From contig CALWKG010000001.1 in the NCBI GenBank assembly GCA_944381205.1, positions 20 to 64,019 on the forward strand: a DNA stretch of 64,000 nt, in the 5' to 3' direction. The notes under the pieces were generated by a model. The model ran no database searches. It saw only the letters and a list, made by a program, of their open reading frames with translations, and had not been told where the DNA came from. This DNA comes from an uncultured Clostridia bacterium. Lineage in GTDB: Bacteria; Bacillota; Clostridia; Christensenellales; UBA1242. Numbering within the stretch: position 1 is the stretch's first letter; every line of letters begins with the position of its first letter. Position numbers and translations under genes: made by a program. Below, in pieces: positions 37,010 to 47,030 of the stretch.

Positions 37010-38887
37010 ATGTCATTACAAAAGAGGTTATTATCAGTTATTTTGATAATAACCTTTATTTTTTTTATATTGCTTATTAGAATTTTCACTTTACAAGTTA
37101 TACAATCACAAAATCTTCAAATTAAAGCAATAGATCAATGGGTACGTATGTTGCCACTTAGTGCTAATCGGGGAAAAATTCTTGATAATAATGGTAATAT
37201 TCTTGCAATAAGTTATACTACATACGATTTGTACTTTCGCTCACGTGAAATAAAAAATCCTGTTGAGGTTGCAACTTATATAAGCAACTTATTGGATTTA
37301 GATTTTCAAAAGGTTTATCAAAAAGCAATGAACACATCAGTGTCCGAAAATTTAGTAAAATTACAACTAGATGAGAGTGTTGCAAGCACAATTTTACAGA
37401 AAAACTTTGATGGTGTTTATTTTAGTGAAAATATAAAAAGATTTTATCCGTACAATAATTCTTTATCTCAGGTTTTGGGTTATTTGACAATAGATAGTGA
37501 AGGTCAAACTGGCATAGAAAGTTACTATAATAACATTTTAAAAGGAACAGACGGAAAATATCTTACCCAAAGCGATGTACGTGGTATTAAACTAAATTCA
37601 TCTCTTAACTATTATACGGAAGCAATAGATGGTATAGATATAAAACTAAATATTGATATAAATATTCAGTTAATATTAGAAAATGTTTTAAATCAAATTG
37701 TAATAGACCATAATCCTAAATCAGTTAGTGCAATAGTTATGGACCCAAATACAAGTAAAATTATCGCACTTGCAATTAGTCCAAACTTTGACTTAAATGA
37801 AGTGCCAAGAGATGATGTCAGTACACTTTTAACTTTATCAAAAAACACTACAATTAGCGATATATATGAGCCAGGCTCTACTTTTAAAATTTTTACACTT
37901 GCTTGTGCTTTGAGTGAAGGGCTTACAAATGAAAATGAACATTTTTATTGCCCAGGATATAGAATTGTTGATGGTGAAAAAATCAAGTGTTGGAAAACCA
38001 CAGGTCACGGTGACCAAACTTTAATTGAAGCGATACAAAACTCCTGCAATTGTTGTTTTATGGATTTGGGATTAAGGATAGGAAAAGAAAAATTCTATGA
38101 TTATTTAGAGTTATTTGGTTTAGGTAGTAAAACTGGTGTAGATGCTAGTGGTGAAAGTTCTGGACTTTTATTAGATGAAAATATAGTGAAAAATGTTGAC
38201 CTTGTTCGTATTGCGTTCGGGCAAACTGTTGCAGTTACTCAATTGCAGTTGCTAAATTCATTCTGTTCAATAATAAATGGCGGAACTTTAAATACACCTA
38301 GTTTTTTAGACGCATATTCAGAAAAAAATCAAAGTTTATACATAAATAATACCACCAAAAAAAATAGAACTGTTTCTAGTGAAATTTCAAACAAAATTTG
38401 TGAATTGTTGGTTCAATCACTTAGCAAAACAGGGGATATGAGTTTTATAGAAGGCTATAAAATTGCTGGAAAAACTGGAACGGCACAAAAATATGGTGAA
38501 AATGGGGCTATTTCACAAGGTAAATATGTTTCTAGTTTTTTTGGCTTTATTAATCAAGACGGTGCAAATTATGCCTTGCTTTTATGTGTTGACGAACCAA
38601 GTAGCGGGGCATATTATGGCAGTGTAGTTGCTAAACCTTATGCTAAAACAATTTTTGAGGAGATTATAAAATATAAAAATATAAAACCATTTGATAGTAG
38701 TATTAATTACAAAGACTTTATTGTTCCTAATTTTATTAATATGGACTTAAATTATGCAATGCAGATACTTGAAAAAGAAAATCTTTATTATGAAGTTGAT
38801 GGTGAGGGTGATAAGGTAGTTTGGCAATTTCCAAAAGAAAACACCGAAGTAACAAGGTCAACTACAATATTATTAAAAACAAACTAA
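37010..38887 (+). CDS. spoVD: class B penicillin-binding protein, SpoVD/FtsI type, with one PASTA domain
   Basis: The start is set to ATG 37010 (MSLQKRLLSVILIITFIFF TM). The motifs SxxK (GSTFK), SxN (SCN) and KTG (GKTGTA) are present, with a C-terminal PASTA-like segment. Confidence 0.88.
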   Translation: MSLQKRLLSVILIITFIFFILLIRIFTLQVIQSQNLQIKAIDQWVRMLPLSANRGKILDNNGNILAISYTTYDLYFRSREIKNPVEVATYISNLLDLDFQKVYQKAMNTSVSENLVKLQLDESVASTILQKNFDGVYFSENIKRFYPYNNSLSQVLGYLTIDSEGQTGIESYYNNILKGTDGKYLTQSDVRGIKLNSSLNYYTEAIDGIDIKLNIDINIQLILENVLNQIVIDHNPKSVSAIVMDPNTSKIIALAISPNFDLNEVPRDDVSTLLTLSKNTTISDIYEPGSTFKIFTLACALSEGLTNENEHFYCPGYRIVDGEKIKCWKTTGHGDQTLIEAIQNSCNCCFMDLGLRIGKEKFYDYLELFGLGSKTGVDASGESSGLLLDENIVKNVDLVRIAFGQTVAVTQLQLLNSFCSIINGGTLNTPSFLDAYSEKNQSLYINNTTKKNRTVSSEISNKICELLVQSLSKTGDMSFIEGYKIAGKTGTAQKYGENGAISQGKYVSSFFGFINQDGANYALLLCVDEPSSGAYYGSVVAKPYAKTIFEEIIKYKNIKPFDSSINYKDFIVPNFINMDLNYAMQILEKENLYYEVDGEGDKVVWQFPKENTEVTRSTTILLKTN

Positions 38888-38899
38888 TTTAGCGGAGAT

Positions 38900-40345
38900 A
38901 TGATGAAACTTTTATCTTTATTTAAAAAAAATGAAATTTTATGTATTAAGGGAAATGAAGATGTAAATATTTGTGCTTTATCTCAAAAAGCGGATAAAAT
39001 TGTGAGTAATGGATTGTATTTTTGTGTCAAAGGTATTAGTGGCGATGGGCATAATTTTGTAGATATTGCTAAAAAAAATGGTTGTATAGCATTGGTTGTA
39101 GAAAGGTTTGTTGATAGCAATTTACCGCAGATTTTAGTTAAAAATGTTCGTAAAATTATGCCAATGGTATGCAATAGATTTTATAATGATGTTTTGAAAG
39201 AGTTAAAATTAATCGGAATAACTGGTACAAATGGTAAAACAACTACCACAGAGATTATTTATAATATGTTATTGCTAGATGGTAAAAAAGTGGGATTAAT
39301 CGGAACTAATGGGGTTAAATTTAACGAAAATAATATAAAGACCTATATGACTACCCCTGACACTGTTGATTTGTTTTATTATTTTAATTTGATGTGTAGT
39401 TTTGGAATAGAGTATATAGTAATGGAAATTTCCGCACATGCCATTTATCTAAATAAAATATATGGGTTAAAATTTGAAATTGGGGCTTTAACAAATATAT
39501 CACAAGACCATTTAGATTTTTTTAAAACAATGTCAAGTTATGCAAAAAGCAAACTAATGTTTTTAGAAAATAATTATTGCAAAAAAGTTTTAATAAATGT
39601 TGATGATAATTATGGAAATCTATTCTCTAAATTAAAAATAGTAAATTCTATTACATATGGTATAGAAATGCCTGCAACTAATTTTGCTTGTGATATAGAT
39701 AAAAATTTGTATGGATATAAGTTTTTAATGAATATTTTTGATAACGTTTTTAAAATAAAATTAAATTTGTTAGGAAAGTTCAATATTTATAATATTTTAC
39801 TTGCATCTTCTGTGGCAAAGTTGCTAGGGGTTTCAAATAAAAGCATAAAGAGTTGCATAGAAAACCTAACTGCTATACCGGGGCGTATGAATGTTTTTAA
39901 ATTAAAAAACGGGGCTACTGCCGTTATTGATTATGCTCATAGCCCAGATAGTTTAGAAAAAATTTTAATAGAATTAAAAGAACGTTGTAAAGGCGATTTA
40001 ATAACTGTTTTTGGTTGTGGTGGTAATAGAGATAAGGGGAAACGTGAGATTATGGGAATGATTGCAAGTAAATATTCCAACAAAGTAATAATAACAAACG
40101 ATAACCCTAGATTTGAAAAGCCACTTAACATTGCAAAAGATATTTTAAAAGGAATAACGGGAAAATATTTTTTAGAATTAGATAGAGAAAAGGCAATAGA
40201 GTTTGCGTATAAAACGAGTACTAAACTAGACATAATTTTAATAGCGGGTAAAGGAGCAGAAGATTATATGGAAGTTAATGGTCAAAAATTGAGTTATAGC
40301 GATATTGCAACCATTAATAAGTATATTAAGACAAAAAACAAATAA
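38900..40345 (+). CDS. murE: UDP-N-acetylmuramoyl-L-alanyl-D-glutamate--2,6-diaminopimelate ligase
   Basis: It contains the P-loop GITGTNGKTTT and a DNPR motif (ITNDNPRFE), which argues for meso-DAP specificity. ATG 38903 is an equally possible start. Confidence 0.92.
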   Translation: MMKLLSLFKKNEILCIKGNEDVNICALSQKADKIVSNGLYFCVKGISGDGHNFVDIAKKNGCIALVVERFVDSNLPQILVKNVRKIMPMVCNRFYNDVLKELKLIGITGTNGKTTTTEIIYNMLLLDGKKVGLIGTNGVKFNENNIKTYMTTPDTVDLFYYFNLMCSFGIEYIVMEISAHAIYLNKIYGLKFEIGALTNISQDHLDFFKTMSSYAKSKLMFLENNYCKKVLINVDDNYGNLFSKLKIVNSITYGIEMPATNFACDIDKNLYGYKFLMNIFDNVFKIKLNLLGKFNIYNILLASSVAKLLGVSNKSIKSCIENLTAIPGRMNVFKLKNGATAVIDYAHSPDSLEKILIELKERCKGDLITVFGCGGNRDKGKREIMGMIASKYSNKVIITNDNPRFEKPLNIAKDILKGITGKYFLELDREKAIEFAYKTSTKLDIILIAGKGAEDYMEVNGQKLSYSDIATINKYIKTKNK

Positions 40346-40367
40346 ACTATAAATTGTAGGGGTTAAT

Positions 40368-41357
40368 ATGTATTATACCGTTTTTTTATTAGCATTTTTT
40401 TTAAGTGTCTTTATTGCACCTTTTTATATTAAGTACGCAAGAAAGTTAAAGTTAGGGCAAAACATACTGGAATATGTTGATGAACATAAGGGAAAACAAG
40501 GCACACCGACTATGGGTGGTGTAATATTTATTATACCAACAATAATAATTAGTTTTATTTTTTTAAAGTCTAATATAACCATTCCGTTACTGTGTTTATG
40601 TGTTTTTATAGCATTTTCTATTGTTGGTTTTTTAGATGACTATATAAAAATAAAATTCAAAAGGAATTTAGGACTACGTGCATACCAAAAAGTAATCTTT
40701 CAATTATCAATAGCTATAATTTTTGCTATTTTTTTATATAAAAGTGAGATTTTTCGGGAAGTTTATGTGCCTTTTACTAATATAAAAATTGATTTAAAGT
40801 GGCTAACAATCCCTTATGCAATATTAGTTTTTTTAGCGACTACTAATAGTGTTAATTTAACTGATGGTTTAGACGGACTAGCCGGAAGTGTTAGTTGTAT
40901 TTTTTTTATTTGTATTGCATTTATAAGTGTAATTTACTTAGGTTTTGTATCGGAATTTCAAACAGAATATATATATCAAATTCAAAATCTTAATACTATT
41001 AGTTTTGCTGTTGCGGGAAGTTTGCTTGGATTTTTAGTTTTTAATTTTTATCCAGCAAAAATTTTTATGGGAGATACCGGCTCGCTAGCACTTGGGGCTT
41101 TAATTTCATCTATCTGTTTGCTTAATGGGACAAGTTTATATATTCCTATACTTGGATTTTTATTTGTTTTGTCAAGTGTAAGTGTCATTATACAGGTTCT
41201 TCACTATAAAAGGACTAAAAAAAGAATATTTTTAATGGCTCCATTTCATCACCATTTGCAACATAAGGGTATGTATGAAACTAAAATTGTATTCATATAT
41301 ATAGTACTAACAATACTAATTGGAATTTCAATTATTGGTATTTTAGGAGTGCTATGA
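40368..41357 (+). CDS. mraY: phospho-N-acetylmuramoyl-pentapeptide transferase
   Basis: 329 aa and polytopic, containing GTPTMGGV, NLTDGLDGLA and FMGDTGSLALG. Confidence 0.95.
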   Translation: MYYTVFLLAFFLSVFIAPFYIKYARKLKLGQNILEYVDEHKGKQGTPTMGGVIFIIPTIIISFIFLKSNITIPLLCLCVFIAFSIVGFLDDYIKIKFKRNLGLRAYQKVIFQLSIAIIFAIFLYKSEIFREVYVPFTNIKIDLKWLTIPYAILVFLATTNSVNLTDGLDGLAGSVSCIFFICIAFISVIYLGFVSEFQTEYIYQIQNLNTISFAVAGSLLGFLVFNFYPAKIFMGDTGSLALGALISSICLLNGTSLYIPILGFLFVLSSVSVIIQVLHYKRTKKRIFLMAPFHHHLQHKGMYETKIVFIYIVLTILIGISIIGILGVL

Positions 41358-42688
41358 ATTATTTAATCTATGGTTTAGAAAAAAGTGGACTAGCAAGCAC
41401 AGAACTGCTTAAAGGTAAAAATAATACATTATTTTTGTATGATGATAATACAGAAAAAGTATCACAGGTAAAAAGTAAGTTCAATTATCATAATCTAATT
41501 TTTTTAACAAAATTAGATGTAAATTTATTAGAAAAAATAGATTGTATTGTCGTTAGCCCTTCAATAAGCAAATATAATAATTTTATAAAATTAGCAAAGC
41601 GAAATAAGGTAGAGATTATATCAGAGATAGAACTAGCAAGCAGATTTTTTAAAGGAAGGCTGGTTGCAATTACAGGGACCAATGGAAAAACTACTACGGT
41701 TGAATTGTTATATCATATTTTGAAAACTGCAAAAAAAGATGTAAAGAAGGTAGGGAATATTGGAATTCCGTTTTCAAGTGAAGTATTAAATAGTACAAAA
41801 AGAAGTATTTTTGTGTGCGAAGTTAGTAGTTTTCAATTAGAAAACATATCAAGTTTTCACGCAAATATTAGTGCATTGATTAATGTAACTAATGACCACT
41901 TAGATAGATATGATGATTTTGAAGATTATAAACAAACTAAATTTAAGATATTTCAAAATCAAACTAAAAAGGATTATGCAATTTTGTCAAAAGAAATATA
42001 TTGTGACAGAATTTCATCAAAGATTTATAAGTTTAACGATGAGAATTCTTATGGTTGTTATATAAAAAACAATAATATATATTTTAAATCAAAACTAAAA
42101 ATATCAAAAATATGTAATATTAACACAATAAAATATACTGAAAAACATAATTTAGATAATATTTGCTGTGCGGTAACTATCGCAAAAATTTTAAAAGTAA
42201 AAAATAAAGATATACAAAAAGCCTTACATACATTTTGTATGCCAAGTCATAGATTGCAGGTTGTGAAAGAAATTAATAACATTAGATTTATTGATGATAG
42301 CAAGGCTACCAATGTTGATGCTAGCATAAAGGCAATAAAAAGCCTTGAAAACAAAAATAATTTTATTTTAATTTTAGGGGGAAGTGATAAAGGATTTAAT
42401 TATGATGAAATTTTTTACAATGTTCCTAACAATTTAAAAAAGATAATAGCAATGGGTGATGTTGCAAATAAAATAAGGCAGTCAAAAATTAATACAAAAA
42501 GTGTTGTGCCATTAGAAATTTGTAAAACACTTAAAGAAGCAGTCTATTTATCATGTATGGATTTAGTTTGCGGGGATACTTTGTTATTATCTCCTGCTAG
42601 CGCCAGTTATAATGAGTTTAAAGATTATGCGGAACGTGGAAGATTTTTTAAGCAATACATAGAGGATTTTTATGGCAAAAAAGTATAA
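41354..42688 (+). CDS. murD: UDP-N-acetylmuramoylalanine--D-glutamate ligase
   Basis: 444 aa containing GTNGKTTT and DSKATN. An ATGA overlap links it to mraY. Confidence 0.92.
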   Translation: MNYLIYGLEKSGLASTELLKGKNNTLFLYDDNTEKVSQVKSKFNYHNLIFLTKLDVNLLEKIDCIVVSPSISKYNNFIKLAKRNKVEIISEIELASRFFKGRLVAITGTNGKTTTVELLYHILKTAKKDVKKVGNIGIPFSSEVLNSTKRSIFVCEVSSFQLENISSFHANISALINVTNDHLDRYDDFEDYKQTKFKIFQNQTKKDYAILSKEIYCDRISSKIYKFNDENSYGCYIKNNNIYFKSKLKISKICNINTIKYTEKHNLDNICCAVTIAKILKVKNKDIQKALHTFCMPSHRLQVVKEINNIRFIDDSKATNVDASIKAIKSLENKNNFILILGGSDKGFNYDEIFYNVPNNLKKIIAMGDVANKIRQSKINTKSVVPLEICKTLKEAVYLSCMDLVCGDTLLLSPASASYNEFKDYAERGRFFKQYIEDFYGKKV

Positions 42689-43871
42689 TTTTGATTTTTT
42701 AACATTAAAAAATAATAGCAAAGAAGGTAAAATTATCTTTTTTGTTACTATTTTTTTAGTTCTTTTTGGGGTTGTTATGGTATACAGTGCTAGTTATTAT
42801 TTCGCAAGAAGGACATATAATAATCAATATTTTTATTTAATAAAACAATTAATCGGTTTTATTCTTGGCTTTTTCTTTTTAAATGTTCTACGAAATATAG
42901 ATTATAATAAACTTAAAAAATTTGGACTAATTTCTGTCATAGTTAGTGCCATACTACTTATTTTAGTTTTTATTCCGGAACTAGGAGTTGAAAATTATGG
43001 GGCAAGACGTTGGATTAACTTGCCGGGCTTTACTCTACAACCAAGTGAAATTGCAAAGTTTTCATTTGTCTTATTTGCAAGCCAATATTTATCAAAAAAT
43101 TATAAAGAAATAAAAAACTTTAAAAATTTACTGCCCATTTTAATTGCAGGAACAATATTTTGTCTTTTAATTATTTTAGAGCCCAATATGTCCATTACAA
43201 TGTGTGTTGGGCTTATAATGCTTTTTATGCTTTTTGTTGGTGGAATATCATTTAAACATTTTTTACTATTTTGTATACCTATAATAATTTTGGTTCCAAT
43301 TTTAATAATAATTGAGCCTTATAGACTAGATAGGTTACTTGCCTTTATCAATCCTTGGGTTAATCCGCAAGGGGAAGGTTATCAATTAATTCAATCTTTT
43401 TTTTCTATATCAAATGGCGGATTGTTTGGGGTTGGATTATTTAATTCTAGACAAAAATACCTTTTTTTACCATTTGCAGAGAGTGACTTTATCTTTGCAG
43501 TTATTGGGGAAGAATTTGGTTTAGTTGGCTGTATATTATTGCTTAGTATATATTTTGTATTAATTGTTTGCGGAATAAAGATTGCAATTAAGTCAAAAAA
43601 TCGTTTTGGGGCTTATCTGGCTAGTGGCATTATAGGGGTAATAGTAATACAAACAACCATTAATATTGCTGTCGTTACAGGGCTAATACCACCTACTGGT
43701 TTGCCGTTACCATTTATTAGTATGGGTAGTACATCTATTGTTGTATTTATGAGTGCAATAGGAGTTTTGTTAAATATTGATAAACAAAATAACGAAAGTA
43801 TAATTTTATTTAAAACTGACAAAAATTTTTTCTCAATAAAAAAAGTAAAGGCTGTCACACAAAATAATTAA
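42672..43871 (+). CDS. ftsW: SEDS-family peptidoglycan glycosyltransferase FtsW/SpoVE
   Basis: 399 aa and polytopic, containing INLPGFTLQPSE, ESDFIFAVIGEEFG and GLPLPFISMG. Confidence 0.9.
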   Translation: MAKKYNFDFLTLKNNSKEGKIIFFVTIFLVLFGVVMVYSASYYFARRTYNNQYFYLIKQLIGFILGFFFLNVLRNIDYNKLKKFGLISVIVSAILLILVFIPELGVENYGARRWINLPGFTLQPSEIAKFSFVLFASQYLSKNYKEIKNFKNLLPILIAGTIFCLLIILEPNMSITMCVGLIMLFMLFVGGISFKHFLLFCIPIIILVPILIIIEPYRLDRLLAFINPWVNPQGEGYQLIQSFFSISNGGLFGVGLFNSRQKYLFLPFAESDFIFAVIGEEFGLVGCILLLSIYFVLIVCGIKIAIKSKNRFGAYLASGIIGVIVIQTTINIAVVTGLIPPTGLPLPFISMGSTSIVVFMSAIGVLLNIDKQNNESIILFKTDKNFFSIKKVKAVTQNN

Positions 43872-43909
43872 AATCCATAAAATGATATGTTAAACAATAA
43901 GGAGAAAAA

Positions 43910-45160
43910 ATGGATAAATTTTTGATAAATGGTGGCAAAAGTTTACACGGGGAAGTCGTTGTTCCAAGAGCAAAAAACTCATATCTTGCAATACTTTCTG
44001 CTTGTGTGCTGTGTAAAGGCACTGTAACTTTAAAAGAGTGTCCTAAGTTTGTTGATATTGAAAAAATGTTAAAAATCTTATCTAGTTTAGGTTGTGAAAT
44101 AAAAAAAATAGATAGAGATGTGGTAATAGATTGTAATAACATATCAAATTATAATGTAGCAAAGGAACTTGCAAAGGAAGTGCGTTCCTCAATTTTTTTA
44201 CTTGGGCCTATAATTGCAAGGTTAAAGAGAGCAAAAGTTTCTTATCCAGGGGGTTGCGATATTGGGCTAAGACCAATAGATTTACATTTGAAAGGGCTAA
44301 GGACTCTAAATGTTAATATAGATGAAAAATTTGGTTATATAGAGTGTAAAACAGATTGTTTAAAAGGGCAAAACATACATTTAGATTATCCTAGTGTTGG
44401 GGCAACAGAGAATATAATGATGGCGAGTGTTTATGCTAAGGGTATTACTAGAATTTTTAATCCTGCCAAAGAACCAGAAATTGTAGATTTGCAAAATTTC
44501 ATTAATTCAATGGGCGGTAAAATCTTTGGCGCGGGAAGTGATGTTATAGAAATTGTCGGAGTTGATTCATTACACTCTACTACATATACCCCTATGCCTG
44601 ATAGAATAATAGCCGGCACATATCTTATTGCTTGTGCAGGTTGTACCGGGGATATTTTGATAAAAAATGTCGTACCTTGCCATATTGCGTCACTTACAAC
44701 AAAATTAAGGGATTCTGGCTTTGAATTAATTGAAAATGATGATAGTATAAGACTTGTTTCAAGGGGAAAAGGCAATAGTTTTGGAAAGATTGATACAATG
44801 CCTTATCCGGGCTTTCCAACAGACTTGCAACCGCAAGCATTGGTTCTGCAAACAATTAGCAAGGGAATATGTATAGTTACTGAAAATCTGTTTGAAACAA
44901 GATTTAAACACGTGCCAGAACTTATTAAAATGGGGGCAGATATTAAAGTTAAGGACAGAAGTGCAATAGTAACTGGAATAAATAACTTGTATGGAGCAGA
45001 AGTCTGCGCTACGGATTTGCGGGCAGGAGCATCACTTGTAATCGCTGGACTTATGGCGAAAGGTCAAACTATTATAAGTGATATACATAATATTGATAGG
45101 GGATATGAAAATTTAGAAGATGTCTTTAAATCTCTTGGAGCGGATATAAAAAGAATTTAG
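43910..45160 (+). CDS. murA: UDP-N-acetylglucosamine 1-carboxyvinyltransferase
   Basis: 416 aa. It opens FLINGGKSLHGEVVVPRAKNS, has the active-site Cys context YPGGCDIGLRPIDLH and ends IDRGYENLEDVFKSLGA. Confidence 0.93.
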   Translation: MDKFLINGGKSLHGEVVVPRAKNSYLAILSACVLCKGTVTLKECPKFVDIEKMLKILSSLGCEIKKIDRDVVIDCNNISNYNVAKELAKEVRSSIFLLGPIIARLKRAKVSYPGGCDIGLRPIDLHLKGLRTLNVNIDEKFGYIECKTDCLKGQNIHLDYPSVGATENIMMASVYAKGITRIFNPAKEPEIVDLQNFINSMGGKIFGAGSDVIEIVGVDSLHSTTYTPMPDRIIAGTYLIACAGCTGDILIKNVVPCHIASLTTKLRDSGFELIENDDSIRLVSRGKGNSFGKIDTMPYPGFPTDLQPQALVLQTISKGICIVTENLFETRFKHVPELIKMGADIKVKDRSAIVTGINNLYGAEVCATDLRAGASLVIAGLMAKGQTIISDIHNIDRGYENLEDVFKSLGADIKRI

Positions 45161-45177
45161 CAAGTGGAGATAAAAAA

Positions 45178-46023
45178 ATGAAAAAAAGTCATTTATTTAT
45201 AATAATTTTATCTATGGTTATTATTACTTTTTTATTGCTTTTTTCTTCTGTTATTTTTGAATTAAAGTATGTTGAAGTTCGTTTTATAAATAATTATGGA
45301 CAAGAAATAAATTTAGCAGATAATAAAATTTATACTACAAAAACAAAATTAAATGAAGTCATATCTTCTACACATTTTGATTATGGTAAATTGATGTTTT
45401 TAATAAATAAAGATGAATATGCCAGTGAATTAGAAAGGAAAAATCCTTATATAAAAGTAGTTTCGATTGAAGCAATTTTTCCTAATAAATTGATTATTAA
45501 TGCAAAAGAGCGACAGCCAGTTTTTTATTTTGAGTTAAATGATAAATTTTATTTATTAGACGAAGATTTTAAAATTTTAAATATAGTTTCAAACAATTTA
45601 TCCAATCCGTTAATTTGTTTTGATTTTATTAATCAAAATGAAATCAAAACTGATTTCTTTTCTTTTTTTAATCTTTCTAGCAAAATATACACGGTAGGTG
45701 ATTTTGTAAGTTATAACAATTTAATTTTTTCTTCGATGTTAGATTTTTATACAATATTAGATACGTTATTAGACCGTGATTTTTTACTTAATATTTCTAA
45801 TTTAACACTTTCAAATAAGGGAAATGATAGTATAAACTTAACAATAAAAACCATTTCTCCTTATGGGATAGAATTAGAAATTAGTGATTTAACTAATAAT
45901 TTTAACGATAAATTTAAAAAGATAATTAATGCTTTTAAGACATTACTTAATAAAGAAAAAGTAAAAACAACATATGGCAAGTTATTGATAGATAAAAATA
46001 ATAATTGTTTTTGGTATGAATAA
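45178..46023 (+). CDS. ftsQ: cell division protein FtsQ/DivIB
   Basis: 281 aa with an N-terminal TM and a POTRA-like segment (NPYIKVVSIEAIFPNKLIINAKERQPVFYF). It occupies the last position in the dcw cluster. Confidence 0.75.
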   Translation: MKKSHLFIIILSMVIITFLLLFSSVIFELKYVEVRFINNYGQEINLADNKIYTTKTKLNEVISSTHFDYGKLMFLINKDEYASELERKNPYIKVVSIEAIFPNKLIINAKERQPVFYFELNDKFYLLDEDFKILNIVSNNLSNPLICFDFINQNEIKTDFFSFFNLSSKIYTVGDFVSYNNLIFSSMLDFYTILDTLLDRDFLLNISNLTLSNKGNDSINLTIKTISPYGIELEISDLTNNFNDKFKKIINAFKTLLNKEKVKTTYGKLLIDKNNNCFWYE

Positions 46024-46094
46024 TTTATAAAAAGGTTGCAAAAAATACTTTTACTAAGATTTTAATTCTTAGTGATATGAAGGAGGTACTTTTT

Positions 46095-46175
46095 ATGTCA
46101 AGTAAGTCAAACAAGGCTGAAAAAAGCAAAGCAAAAGAATCTAACTGCAAAGACACTAAAAATTGCAGTAAATAG
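46095..46175 (+). CDS. unannotated 26-codon ORF encoding a K/S-rich peptide with two Cys (MSSKSNKAEKSKAKESNCKDTKNCSK)
   Basis: A consensus SD (GAAGGAGGT) lies 7-8 nt upstream of ATG 46095, with TAG at 46173-46175. Its own downstream hairpins and terminator follow. It falls below the ORF-track length cutoff. Confidence 0.5.
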   Translation: MSSKSNKAEKSKAKESNCKDTKNCSK

Positions 46176-46217
46176 TAATCAAATTTGTTTTGCTTATGAA
46201 GAATGTAACTTCTTCTT

Positions 46218-46262
46218 AAAAAAAGAGCGGGAAAGAAATAATTTTCCCACTCTTTTTTTTTA
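46218..46262. terminator. bidirectional terminator (micro-ORF on plus, lexA on minus)
   Basis: A7, the stem AGAGCGGGAAA...TTTCCCaCTCT, and T9. A smaller hairpin, GAAGAA-tgtaac-TTCTTC, sits at 46198-46215. Confidence 0.75.
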
Positions 46263-46364
46263 TAATTTTTAAAATTAGTTTTAGTAAAAATTAATTAAAT
46301 TTTTAGATAAAGGTGAGTTAATAAAAGAAATTAGAATGTTTCTTTTCAAATAAAAAAATAGTTT

Positions 46365-46988
46365 TTATTTTATATGTCTGATAAGCCCTATTACTTTACC
46401 TAAAATAGTTACGTTTTTTGCATATATTGGCTTCATAAGGTCATTTTCTGGTTGTAGTCTGATAGTATCTTTTTCTTTAAAAAACCTTTTAACTGTTGCA
46501 GAGTCATCAATTAGAGCAACAACTATCTCTCGATTTTCCGCCGTATTTTGCTTTCTCACAACTACTATATCTTTATCAAAAATACCTACGTTAATCATAC
46601 TATCGCCATTAATAGTAAGCATGAAGATGTCTTGATTTGTATTATCAAATAAATTATTTGATACTTCATAAACGTCATTAACATTGGAATTAGCCAGTAT
46701 TGGAATACCTGCCGCGACATCACCTAATAGTGGAATTTCATTGAGATATGTATTGCTACTTTTTTTATAATCAACAAGTTCAATGCTTCTACTTTTATTA
46801 TTAGTGCGTTTTATTAGGTTTCGTCTTTCTAATTTATCCAAATAATAACTAACGGTAGAGGTAGATGACACGGATAATAATTTCATCAAATCTCTAACAC
46901 TTGGAGGGTATTTATTAGACAAAATGTACTCCTTTATAGCATCATAGGCTTTTGTTAAATTATACTCTGAATTATAATTTTTTTTCAT
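46365..46988 (-). CDS. lexA: SOS repressor LexA
   Basis: 207 aa with the wHTH YPPSVRDLMKLLSVSSTSTVSYYLDKLERRNLIKR, the cleavage region GDVAAGIP, and the S24 Ser/Lys contexts (NGDSM, ATVKRF). Confidence 0.93.
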   Translation of the reverse strand: MKKNYNSEYNLTKAYDAIKEYILSNKYPPSVRDLMKLLSVSSTSTVSYYLDKLERRNLIKRTNNKSRSIELVDYKKSSNTYLNEIPLLGDVAAGIPILANSNVNDVYEVSNNLFDNTNQDIFMLTINGDSMINVGIFDKDIVVVRKQNTAENREIVVALIDDSATVKRFFKEKDTIRLQPENDLMKPIYAKNVTILGKVIGLIRHIK

Positions 46989-46997
46989 CTGTATATT

Positions 46998-47030
46998 AAA
47001 TAGATATAAAAAAATTTATTATATCTATTT
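46998..47030. repeat. perfect 11-11-11 inverted repeat in the lexA leader
   Basis: AAATAGATATA - AAAAAATTTAT - TATATCTATTT. It lies between an AGGAGA element (reverse complement of 47031-47036) and the lexA ATG (46988). Confidence 0.8.
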
